Source: Chrysemys picta bellii (lineage: Eukaryota). Taken from it: 64,000 bases of DNA. The DNA lies in assembly GCF_011386835.1 (NCBI RefSeq), contig NC_088806.1, positions 930,001 to 994,000 on the forward strand, given 5' to 3'. This document shows positions 48,901 through 56,375 of the stretch, one piece after another (within the stretch, counting starts at the first letter, position 1; each line of letters begins with the position of its first letter). The notes beneath the pieces are model-generated. The model saw only the letters and a list, made by a program, of their open reading frames with translations, was not told the origin of the DNA and ran no database searches. The position numbers were made by a program, and so were the translations under genes.

Positions 48901-51900
48901 AATCCCCCACTGTTATTGAGTTCTTAATTTTGATAGCCTCTCTAATCTCCCTTAGCATTTCATCATCACTATCACCGTCCTGGTCAGGTGGTCGATAATA
49001 GATCCCTAATGTTATATTCTTATTAGAGCATGAAATTTCTATCCATAGAAATTCTATGGAACATGCGGATTTGCTTAAGATTTTTACTTCATTTGATTCT
49101 ACATTTTCTTTCACATATAGTGCAACCTTCCCCACCCCCGCACAACCTGTTCTGTCCTTCCGATATATTTTGTACCCCGGAATGATTGTGTCCCATTGAT
49201 TGCTCTCAGTCCACCAGGTTTCTGTGATGCCTATTATATCAATATCCTCCTTTAACACGAGGCACTCTAGTTCACCCATCTTATTATTTAGACTTCTAGC
49301 ATTTGTGTACAAGCCCTTTAAAAACGTGTCACTGTTTATTTGTCTGCCCTTTTCTGATGTATCAGATTCTTTTTTATGTGAATGTTTCTCATCTGATCTG
49401 GCCCCTACTTTATCCTCTTCCATCCTCTGCTCCTGACTATACCCTGGAGATTCTCTATCATTAGACTCTCCCCTAAGAGAAGTCTCTGTCTGAGCCACAT
49501 TCTCCTCTGCAGCAGTCGGCTTTCCCCCATCTCCTAGTTTAAAAACTGCTCTACAACCTTTTTAATGTTTAGTGCCAGCAGTCTGGTTCCACTTTGGTTT
49601 AGGTGGAGCCCATCCTTCCTGTATAGGCTCCCCCCATTCCAGAAGTTTCCCCAGTTCCTAATGAATGTAAACCCCTCCTCTCTACACCATCGTCTCATCC
49701 ACGCATTGAGACTCTGAAGCTCTGCCTGCCTACCTGGCCCTGCGCGTGGAACTGGGAGCATTTCTGAGAATGCCACCATAGAGGTCCGGGATTTCAGTCT
49801 CCTCCCTAGCAGCCTAAATTTGGCCTCCAGGACATGTCTCCTACCCTTCCCTATGTCATTGGTACCTACATGTACCACGACCACCGACTCCTCCCCAGCA
49901 CTACACATAAGTCTGTCTAGATGCCTCGAGAGATCCGCAACCTTCGCACCAGGCAGACAAGTCACCGTACGGTTCTCCCGGTCATCACAAACCCAGCTAT
50001 CTACGTTTCTAATGATCAAATCTCCCACTACTAACACCTGCCTTTTCCTAGCAACTGGAGTTCCCTCCCCCGGAGAGGTAACCTCGGTGCGAGAGGTAAT
50101 ACCAGCACCATCTGGAAGGAGGGTCCCAACTATGGGAAGGTTTCCCTCTGCTCCCGTTGACTGCTCTGCTTCCCTGGGCCTTTCATCCTCCTCAACAGCG
50201 CAGGGGCTGTCTGACCGGAGGTGGGACAATTCTACAGTGTCCCGGAAAGCCTCATCAACATACCTCTCTGCCTCCCTTAGCTCCTCCAGTTCCACCACCC
50301 TGGCCTCCAAAGTCCGTACGTGGTCTCTGAGGGCCAGGAGCTCCTTGCACCGAATGCACACATACGCCACCCGCCCACGGGGCAGGTAATCAGACATGCT
50401 ACACTCAGTGCAATAAACTTGATACCCCCCACTCTGCTGCTGGGCTTCTGCCTGCATTGTCTCCTAGTTAATGAAAGGGTTGTTTAAAGCAAGAAGTTTT
50501 GAATGTAGTTTGGGCTATAGGTTTTAAGGGGAATAAAGGGACCCCCGCTCCCTTCCCACTCCCCTTCCAAACTCCCTTGCGAAACTCCCTGTTAGCAGCC
50601 CCTGTTCACACCAGCCCCCACTCCACTCCCAGAGCCGGGGAGAGAACCCAGGAGTCCTGGCTCCCAGCCCCCCCTGCTCTAACCCACCAGCCCCCACTCC
50701 CCTCCCAGAGCCGGGGAGAGAACCCAGGAGTCCTGGCTCCCAGCCCCCTGCTCTAATCCATCAGAGCCCAACTCCCCTCCCAGAGCCGGGGGGAGAACCC
50801 AGGAGTCCTGGCTCCAAGCCCCCACACCCCTCCCAGCACCGGGGAGAACCTCCCTCTGGAATAGCACCTCTCTCCCCTGCCCCCTCCCGGAGAGCTGGAA
50901 GCTCTGTCTGCATTGGCAGCCAACGCCCGCCAGACACAGCCCTTCGCAAGCAGGGCCCAGCCCCATTGACCCACAGGAGGGAGGAGGATCGGGTTATGGG
51001 GGGGCTATGGGGGACAAGCACAGAACAGCCCTTAACAGCAACATCCCTGCAGTGGGGTTCCCAATTCTCCCTCCCCCAGGAAATACCCTAGATTTGTCTC
51101 ACTCCTGCCCCATGGGCACACAGAGTGGCCCTGTTGCGGGGGGGGGTGATACTAACCCCTGCAGTCTCAGCTGCCCGGGTCACCCCAGAAGTGGGGGGAT
51201 GCTAGGAAGTGGGAATTTTCAGTCACATCTCTATGCCTGCCTCAGTTTCCCTCTGCACTTTGCCTGACTACCCAGCGTACCGAGGGTTAATGCTGCCTGT
51301 GACCAGTGCGGGGGGAGACAACAACACACACCACTGCCTGGGGTGACATGAACGGGGCCCTAGCAGACCCAGCTGCAGCCGCCCCCCAGCACAGAGCTCC
51401 CCGAGGGCATCCCCAGGACAGAGCAGGCGGCTGGGGAAGGGCGGGGACCCGGCATTGCCAATTGTGGTCGGGCGCATTCCTGGAGGTTTCATGCCACGAC
51501 ACGTCTTTAATTCAAGGTTAATCTTTAGTTCCTGGAGACTCCAGGGCACACCTGGAGGGTTGGAAACCTGGGGGCTGGGACACGGGGGTGGCCGTTGGGG
51601 AGAGGTGCGGCCCCTGACTACCCCTAGGACTAGGGCCAAGAGGAGGTGCTGGAGCCGGCCGGTCCAGCTGAGCCGGCTGGTGGCTCTGGCTCGGCCCAGC
51701 CCCTCAGGGCTGCGCAGGGACCGGTCTGAGCCAGCGGTGCTGCAGATCGCCCCCACCCCACCCCGCGGGAGCAGGGCGCCCTGAAGGGAACAGGACGAGC
51801 CGGAGTCTGGCAGGGCCGGGGAAGCCGCAGGGAGCCCGGGGAGGGGGGCTGGTGCCGGAGGGTCTGCGTGGGTCACTGGGGCCGGGCTCGTTAAATGGGT

Positions 51901-54305
51901 CACACCCGTGGGACTAGTAAATGTGACAAAGTGGGACTGTTCTTAATGTTTTCCTCAGTTTCCCCTATGCAGTTCTTAAGTATCTAGGGGGTGGGATCAG
52001 GGTGTCTGGTTGCTGCAGAGCAAAGGGCCAGGGTACATAAATGCCCGACACTCTGTCTCCTGGCAACTGATGGCCTGGGCCCCTCCTCTGCAAAGGTGCC
52101 AACTGAAGGTGTTGGAGACAAAGGGGTCAGGTGGCCTCCTGGCCCGGGAAAGAGACAAAGCCCAGAGAAGGAGGGGCTGGACGGGAGTTTGGAGCTGGCT
52201 GGGGACTGGAAGGGAGGGCGGACGTGGGTTTGCCTCGCGGGGCCCCAGAATGGACCCGGCGGAGGGGTCCCATTCGCTGTACTTACAAGCTCTGTTTTAG
52301 ACCATGTTCCTGTCATCTAATAAACCTCTGTTTTACTGGCTGGCTGAGAGTTACGTCTGACTGCGAAGTGGGGGGTGCAGAACCCTCTGGCTCCCCCAGG
52401 ACCCCGCCTGGGCGGACTCGCTGTGGGAAGCCCACGGAGGGGCATATGCTGAATGCTCCCAGGGGAGACCCAGGAGGTGAAGCCATGTGAGCTTCTTGCC
52501 CTGAAGACGGTCTGCTCCGAGGGAGAGGAGGCTCCCCAAAGTCCTGACTGGCTTTGTGGGGAGCAGTTCCAGAGCATCGCCCGGGGACGCCGTGACAGTG
52601 ACAGACCAGGGCATAGACCGGACCCTGGGGTTTTGTGATATCCCTCTCCCCATCCCCTGCACGCACATACCACTGCTCCCCCCAAACCCATCCTCCCTCC
52701 GTCCCCCCACCTCCACACCCCTCCTCTCCCAACCCCTCCATCCCCCACCTCCAGCCATCCATCCTCCATCCACCCCACACACTGCTCCATCCATCCATAC
52801 CCTTGTCCCCCCACACCCTCCTCCATCCATCCTCCCACCCCACTGTGCCCCCCACCCCTCCTCCTTCCATCTCCCCCCACACTGCTCCATCCATCCATCC
52901 CCTGGTCCCCACCACACCCCTCCTCCATAGACTCATAGAAGATTAGGGTTGGAAGAGACCTCAGGAGGTATCTAGTCCAACCCCCTGCTCAAAGCAGGAC
53001 CAACCCCAACTAAATCATCCCAGCCAGGGCTTTGTCAAGCCGGGCCTTAAACACCTCTAAGGAAGGAGATTCCACCACCTCCCTAGGTAACCTATTCCAG
53101 TGCTTCACCACCCTCCTAGTGAAATAGTGTTTCCTAATATCCAACCTAAACCTCCCCCGCTGCAACTTGAGACCATTGCTCCTTGTTCTGTCATCTGCTA
53201 CCACCGAGAACAGGCTAGATCCATCCTCTTTGGAACCCCCCTTCAGGTAGTTGAAAGCAGCTATCAAATCCCCCCTCACTCTTCTCTTCTGGAGACTAAA
53301 CAATCCCAGTTCCCTTAGCCTCTCCTCATAAGTCATGTGCTCCAGACCCTAATCATTTTTGTTGCCCTCCGCTGGACTCTTTCCAATTTTTCCACATCCT
53401 TCTTGTAGTGTGGGGCCCAAAACTGGACACAGTACTCCAGATGAGGCCTCACCAATGTCAAATAGAGGGGAACGATCACGTCCCTCGATCTGCTGGCAAT
53501 GCCCCTACTTATACAGCCCAAAACGCCGTTAGCCTTCTTGGCAACAAGAGCACACTGTCGACTCATATCCAGTTCTCGTCCACTGTGACCCCTAGGTCCT
53601 TTTCTGCAGAACTGCTACCTAGCCATTCGGTCCCTAGTCTGTAGCAGTGCATGGGGTTCTTCTGTCCTAAGTGCAGGACTCTGCACTTGTCCTTCCATCC
53701 CCCCCACCACCACCACTCCTCCCCAACCCCTCCTGAATCCACCCCTCCATCCCCCCACACCCCTCCTTCATCTACCCCCCCACCACTCCACCCCCCTAAC
53801 TGCTCCTTCATCCACCCCTCCATTCCCCCCACACACTGCTCCATCCATCCATCCCCCTGTGCCCTCACACCCCTCCATCCCCCCAACCCCTCCTTCATCC
53901 ACCCCTCCATCCCCCCACCTCCAGCCATCCATCCCTGTCCCTCCCACACCCTTCCATCCCCCCCCACTGCCTCCAACTACCCCTTCCACCCCTCTCCCCA
54001 CACCCCTCCTCCATTCATGCCCCCACACTCACACACTATAGGGTGCCATGGGGGGCTGGGATGCCGGGGACAGGGGGGCTGGAGGGTGTCCAGGCAGCCA
54101 TGGGGGGCTGCAGTGGATGGGGGTGCCAGCTAATTCTGTAGCCCTCTGTGTCCCAGGGACTTAGCTGGGCCCCCGCCCCACCCCATGGCTCGCCCTCCCC
54201 CCAGTGGTCCCCTGGGAACTCACCCCCCATGGAGACCAGGGCCAGGGCAGCCCAGAGGCAGAGCGCCACAGGCATCATCCCCACGCTCCAGTCATGGGTC
54301 CTCAT
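882..54305 (-). CDS. Giant membrane-type mucin, MUC3A/MUC12/MUC17 family, with two tandem PTS-EGF-SEA modules; 3'-partial (continues off the left edge)
   Basis: 14 exons with GT-AG boundaries and compatible phases sum to 36,790 nt from the ATG at 54278. The Cys-rich exon AVC..YYFPL..CVSNC..C...C...GPQCR matches the MUC3A-type juxtamembrane pattern as I recall it. Both SEA domains carry GS(V/I)(V/I)V motifs. Exact orthology is not determinable here. Confidence 0.85.
1450..1595 (-). CDS. Mucin exon 13, SEA domain 2 part c with GSVVV cleavage motif
   Basis: Acceptor TTTTCTTCTCTCCTTCTCCACCTGCAG|; encodes [16 protein letters not shown]...NCTS. The donor G|GTCTGT is non-consensus, so the 3' boundary is less certain. 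Confidence 0.83.
1658..2484. mobile_element. Degenerate hAT-like DNA transposon remnant in an intron
   Basis: Left end tagtgttgcca and right end tttgcaact resemble decayed TAGGGTTGCCA-type TIRs; C-rich low-complexity interior; no clear TSD. Confidence 0.45.
2512..2573 (-). CDS. Mucin exon 12, SEA domain 2 part b ([21 protein letters not shown])
   Basis: Acceptor CCTGTTGTCTTGCAG|, donor AG|GTGAGG; 62 nt, phase 0-2. Confidence 0.85.
3027..3145 (-). CDS. Mucin exon 11, SEA domain 2 part a ([40 protein letters not shown])
   Basis: Acceptor TTTGTTTCCCGCTTGCAG|, donor CAG|GTGAGG; 119 nt, same size as exon 4. Confidence 0.88.
3330..3700 (-). mobile_element. Old degenerate CR1 fragment
   Basis: Segments gttccaaattaagccccttgctccctgtcc and attagccttttttgcacccacatcacattgttggct resemble the CR1 3' region seen at 53100-53560. 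Confidence 0.4.
3919..4044 (-). CDS. Mucin exon 10, EGF-like domain ([23 protein letters not shown])
   Basis: Acceptor TTTCTCTCTTTGCTCCCCTGAAG|, donor G|GTGAGT; 126 nt, phase 1-1, same size as exon 3. Confidence 0.9.
4105..4260. repeat. Three copies of a 60-bp intronic tandem repeat
   Basis: ctgagatgcagccac recurs at 4115, 4175 and 4235. Confidence 0.8.
4549..22691 (-). CDS. Mucin exon 9, giant PTS exon B (18,143 nt, ~6,047 aa; Thr/Ser-rich)
   Basis: ORF 4433..22486 extends in frame upstream to the acceptor TAATTTTCCCCACTTAG|T GAG (phase 2). Donor G|GTGAGT at 4548 (phase 1). Confidence 0.9.
5790..21400 (-). repeat. Coding VNTR, ~22 copies of a 711-bp (237-aa) unit
   Basis: Near-identical shadow ORFs recur every 711 bp from 5929 to 20860 (22 anchors). 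Confidence 0.97.
22900..23400. repeat. GC-rich ~88-bp tandem repeat (5-6 copies) containing CTCF-consensus motifs
   Basis: ggggagag anchor at 23023, 23111, 23198, 23286 and 23374; cagcgccccctag and agcgccccctgctg in most units. Confidence 0.88.
23617..23788 (-). CDS. Mucin exon 8, Cys-rich/EGF2 ([58 protein letters not shown])
   Basis: Acceptor TTTCGTCCCCCTCTCCCTAG|, donor CG|GTGAGT; 172 nt, phase 1-2; six Cys in MUC3-family spacing. Confidence 0.9.
24145..24234. mobile_element. Short palindromic MITE-like element
   Basis: ggccagacccttagctggtgtgaa ... ttcgcaccagctgcggctctgacc form imperfect inverted termini. Confidence 0.4.
24322..24381 (-). CDS. Mucin exon 7, post-SEA linker ([20 protein letters not shown])
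   Basis: Acceptor CTCTCTCTTTCTTTCAG|, donor G|GTAAGA; 60 nt, phase 1-1; paralogous to exon 14 ([13 protein letters not shown]). Confidence 0.85.
24882..25015 (-). CDS. Mucin exon 6, SEA domain 1 part c with GSIIV cleavage motif
   Basis: Acceptor CTCCTCTCCTCCCGCACAG|, donor G|GTGACG; 134 nt, phase 2-1; encodes [16 protein letters not shown]...NCTSNDT. Confidence 0.9.
25253..25311 (-). CDS. Mucin exon 5, SEA domain 1 part b ([20 protein letters not shown])
   Basis: Acceptor TTTGTTTCTTTTCCAG|, donor AG|GTAAGA; 59 nt, phase 0-2. Confidence 0.88.
25716..26670 (+). mobile_element. 5'-truncated CR1 LINE fragment (RT domain), internally deleted
   Basis: ORF 25790..26506 contains [24 protein letters not shown] and [10 protein letters not shown] motifs; there is a jump to the 3' region near 26540. 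Confidence 0.93.
27035..27153 (-). CDS. Mucin exon 4, SEA domain 1 part a ([40 protein letters not shown])
   Basis: Acceptor TTTGTTTCCTGCTGGCAG|, donor CAG|GTGAGG; 119 nt, phase 1-0; F..L.N..S..F..F SEA signature. Confidence 0.9.
27800..27925 (-). CDS. Mucin exon 3, EGF-like domain 1 ([23 protein letters not shown])
   Basis: Acceptor TTTTCTCCTTCTCTCCTGAAG|, donor G|GTGAGT; 126 nt, phase 1-1; EGF cysteine spacing. Confidence 0.9.
28216..45615 (-). CDS. Mucin exon 2, giant PTS exon A (17,400 nt, ~5,800 aa; Ser/Thr/His-rich)
   Basis: ORF 28190..45607 has no stops. Donor G|GTGAGT at 28215 (phase 1). Acceptor GAGCAG|AA at 45616 is phase-1 compatible but has a weak pyrimidine tract. Confidence 0.88.
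28780..45500 (-). repeat. Coding VNTR of ~57-bp (19-aa) diverged units with higher-order blocks (~290 units)
   Basis: Units such as [19 protein letters not shown] and [19 protein letters not shown], with 18- and 20-aa variants; block spacings 1254, 1425, 2964 and 4503 bp are multiples of 57. Confidence 0.93.
46030..46170. repeat. GGAGCCAGGACTCCTGGGTTCT-family tandem repeat (left part, split by CR1)
   Basis: agaacccaggagtcctggctcccagcccc units. Confidence 0.8.
46382..49498 (-). pseudogene. CR1 ORF2 (endonuclease plus RT), fragmented by frameshifts, stops and a MITE insertion
   Basis: Fragments at 48719-49498, 48234-48662, 47906-48199, 47402-47641 and 46382-47206. Confidence 0.92.
47297..47420. 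mobile_element. 124-bp hAT-superfamily MITE nested in the CR1 RT region
   Basis: Perfect 13-bp TIR TAGGGTGACCAGA/TCTGGTCACCCTA and perfect 8-bp TSD CTAGTTAC (47289-47296 and 47421-47428). Confidence 0.95.
49534..50457 (-). CDS. CR1 ORF1 protein (zinc-finger-like Cys motif plus SGNH/esterase-like domain), 307 aa
   Basis: CTEC..C.RC motif; VVGD(L)II, PGAK, HVGTND and DGLHLN blocks. Confidence 0.85.
   Translation of the reverse strand: MQAEAQQQSGGYQVYCTECSMSDYLPRGRVAYVCIRCKELLALRDHVRTLEARVVELEELREAERYVDEAFRDTVELSHLRSDSPCAVEEDERPREAEQSTGAEGNLPIVGTLLPDGAGITSRTEVTSPGEGTPVARKRQVLVVGDLIIRNVDSWVCDDRENRTVTCLPGAKVADLSRHLDRLMCSAGEESVVVVHVGTNDIGKGRRHVLEAKFRLLGRRLKSRTSMVAFSEMLPVPRAGPGRQAELQSLNAWMRRWCREEGFTFIRNWGNFWNGGSLYRKDGLHLNQSGTRLLALNIKKVVEQFLN
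50609..50860. repeat. GGAGCCAGGACTCCTGGGTTCT-family tandem repeat (right part)
   Basis: Several gagaacccaggagtcctggctcc units. Confidence 0.85.
51922..52597 (+). mobile_element. Solo LTR of a Gypsy family related to the element at 58435-62322
   Basis: TGTGACAAAGTGGGACTGTTCTT start resembles the TGTGACGAACTGGGACTGTTCTT start of the other LTR. It has AATAAA at ~52319, a shared ctctcagccagccagtaaa block (on the reverse strand) and a ...GTGACA end. No clean TSD. Confidence 0.75.
52640..54030. repeat. C-rich CCATCC/CCCCCAC low-complexity tract interrupted by a CR1 fragment
   Basis: Similar ccatccatccc-type sequence on both sides of 52926-53693. Confidence 0.7.
52926..53693 (-). mobile_element. 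5'-truncated CR1 3'-end fragment
   Basis: catagactcatagaa tail; ORFs with [23 protein letters not shown] and RRVRGDLI. Confidence 0.93.
54224..54305 (-). CDS. Mucin exon 1, signal peptide (M)[17 protein letters not shown]
   Basis: Hydrophobic N-terminal stretch followed by the donor G|GTGAGT (phase 1) at 54223. Start is ATG 54278 or the upstream in-frame ATG 54305. Confidence 0.72.
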
Positions 54306-55044
54306 GGGCGGGGGGCGCAGGCGGGTGCCGGAGGGGCTGGTGCTGGGCTCTGGAGAGGAGGATGCAGCAAGGTACCCTCCGGGATCCTGCTGGGAGCTGA
54401 AGTGCCGCCCAGGTGGATGTTGGATTTCATAGAGGGAGGAGAACAGGTGGGAGGGGCCCCCAGGCGTCCGTCCAAACCACAGCCATCTGGCTGATAAGGG
54501 AGCCCGCGCCCCATTCCGTGCCCCATACCGCCAGTGGGGCCTGGCAGCTGGCACCCCAGAGCCCTGAGGGGCTGGGTGGGGGGCTGCTGCCCTCCCGGGG
54601 CTGAGATGAGGGGCCACAGACCGGGCGGTGCCAAGCGCGGAGCAGGGAGCCACTGGCAACAACTGTTTCAATAGCTGGGCAAATATTTGGAGGAAACCTG
54701 TTGCTGGAACCCGGTGTGAGGGAGCTTGAAAGATCTGGGCCGGCTGCCCGAGCAGAGGATTTCTCGCTCTGTGTCAGGGCTGCTCTGGGCACCCCATCCC
54801 CGTGGCCTCTGGGCTCCTCCTGGTGCATCCTCACACACACCCTGCCCCCGCCACTGCCTGGCCAGGAATATCAGGGGAGAGGATCCCACCCGGGCGGCCA
54901 GTGGCCTGGCCTTCCCCTGGCTACAGAAATTAACGTGAGCTGCCCCGGTTTGCAATGCCCAGCCTGTGAGTGCGGGCGCGACTCCCCCCTACATCCCCAA
55001 GCGCCTCACTACCCTGGAGAATGGGGGCACACGGGGGAGGCTGT

Positions 55045-55745
55045 GTGAGGGACAGCGCGCAGCCCGCATGCGAGCAGGGGGGACGTGCGGGAGTGACAGC
55101 GCGCAGCCCACGTGCGAGCAGAGGGGACGTGCGGGAGTGACAGCGCGCAGCCCACGTGCGAACAGGCAGGACATGCGGGAGTGACAGTGTGTGAGCAGGT
55201 GGGATGCGCGGGAGTGACAGCACTTAGCCGTGTGCGAGCAGGAGGGACGTGCGGGAGTGACAGCGCGCAGCCTGCGTGTGAGCAGGCGGGACGTGTGTGA
55301 GTGACATCACTTAGCCGCGTGCGAGCAGGGGGGACGTGCGGGAGTGACAGCACGCAGACCACGTGCGAGTGGGGGGACATGCGGGAGTGACAGTGTGCAG
55401 CCCGCGTGCGAGCAGGGGGGACGTGCGGGAGTGACAGTGTGCAGCCCGCGTGCGAGCAGGGGGGACGTGCGGGAGTGACAGTGTGCAGACCACGTGCGAG
55501 CAGGGGGGACGTGCGGGAGTGACAGCACGCAGCCCGCGTGCGAGCAGGGGGGACGTGCGGGAGTGACAGCGCGCTGCCCGCGTGCGAGCAGGGGGGACGT
55601 GCGGGAGTGACAGCGCGCTGCCCGCGTGCGAGCAGGGGGGACGTGCGGGAGTGACAGCGTGCAGCCCGCGTGCGAGCAGAGGGGACGTGCGGGAGTGACA
55701 GCGTGCAGCCCGCGTGCGAGCAGGGGGGACGTGCGGGAGTGAGTG
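55045..55745. repeat. 44-bp CpG-rich minisatellite (~16 copies) upstream of the mucin
   Basis: Unit gcgggagtgacagcgcgcagcccgcgtgcgagcaggggggacgt; anchors 55513 and 55557 give period 44. Confidence 0.92.
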
Positions 55746-55864
55746 AGCTGGTGGGACATGTGGCCAGGCATGCGCAGGACCCTGCGGCGCGTGGGACCCC
55801 CGTGTGCCCACATGACTGGCTGTTTGCACAGCCCCCCCTCTCCACTTGGTTCCCGATAATGCTG

Positions 55865-56030
55865 CATTGACGTCAGGGCAGGATAACTAATTTGCTTTAT
55901 AAACAGGGTGTTTCCCTCCTTAAGGAGATGAGTGGTTAATCAGCGCTTCAAAGAGCGCTCCTTCCCAACGCTCATGCCCTTGGAGTTCGTTTATTGTTAC
56001 GGCAAACATAACACCAATTATAAATAGCAT
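55865..56030. promoter_or_regulatory. Candidate enhancer: cluster of CRE, CDX, FOX and HNF1-half motifs
   Basis: TGACGTCA 55868, TTTATAAACA 55896, GGTTAAT 55944, TTTATTG 55990, GCAAACA 56002, TTATAAATAG 56018. Motif matches only. Confidence 0.4.
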
Positions 56031-56054
56031 TTCAAGGGCAGAGCCTACCTGTCC

Positions 56055-56375
56055 ATCCCCTGGGTTCTCTCCCCGGCTCGGGGAGGGGAGTGGGGACTGG
56101 TGGGTCAGACCAGGGGGGCTGGGAGCCAGGACGCCTGGGTTCTCTCCCCAGCTCTGGGAGTGGGGTGGGGGCTGGTGGGTTAGAGCAGGTGGGGGTTGGG
56201 AGCCAGGACGCCTGGGTTCTCTCCCTGGCTCTGGGAGGGGAGTGGGGGCTGGTGGGTTAGAGCAGGGGGGGCTGGGAGCCAGGACTCCTGGGTTCTCTCC
56301 CCGGCTCTGGGAGGGGAGTGTGGCCTGGTGGGTTAGAGCAGGGGGTTGGGAGCCAGGACTCCTGGGTTCTCCCTG
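56055..56375. repeat. GGAGCCAGGACTCCTGGGTTCT-family tandem repeat
   Basis: Multiple gggagccaggac(t/g)cctgggttctc units. Confidence 0.85.

Larger units (their letters stand above)
46171..50608 (-). mobile_element. Near full-length CR1 LINE (~4.4 kb; ORF1 open, ORF2 disrupted)
   Basis: 3' microsatellite tail (ataagaac)n at 46171. ORF2 fragments carry endonuclease (YTNARSL, GITETWW, GDFNYP) and RT ([17 protein letters not shown]) motifs. ORF1 and a 5' UTR follow. Confidence 0.95.

Noticed and set aside
51268-51903. 211-aa minus-strand ORF in intron 1 as an additional exon
   Set aside because: No convincing splice sites or domain; GC-rich stop-poor sequence.
54421-54440. TATA box for the mucin (CTATGAAA on the minus strand)
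   Set aside because: Poor consensus match and no TSS evidence.
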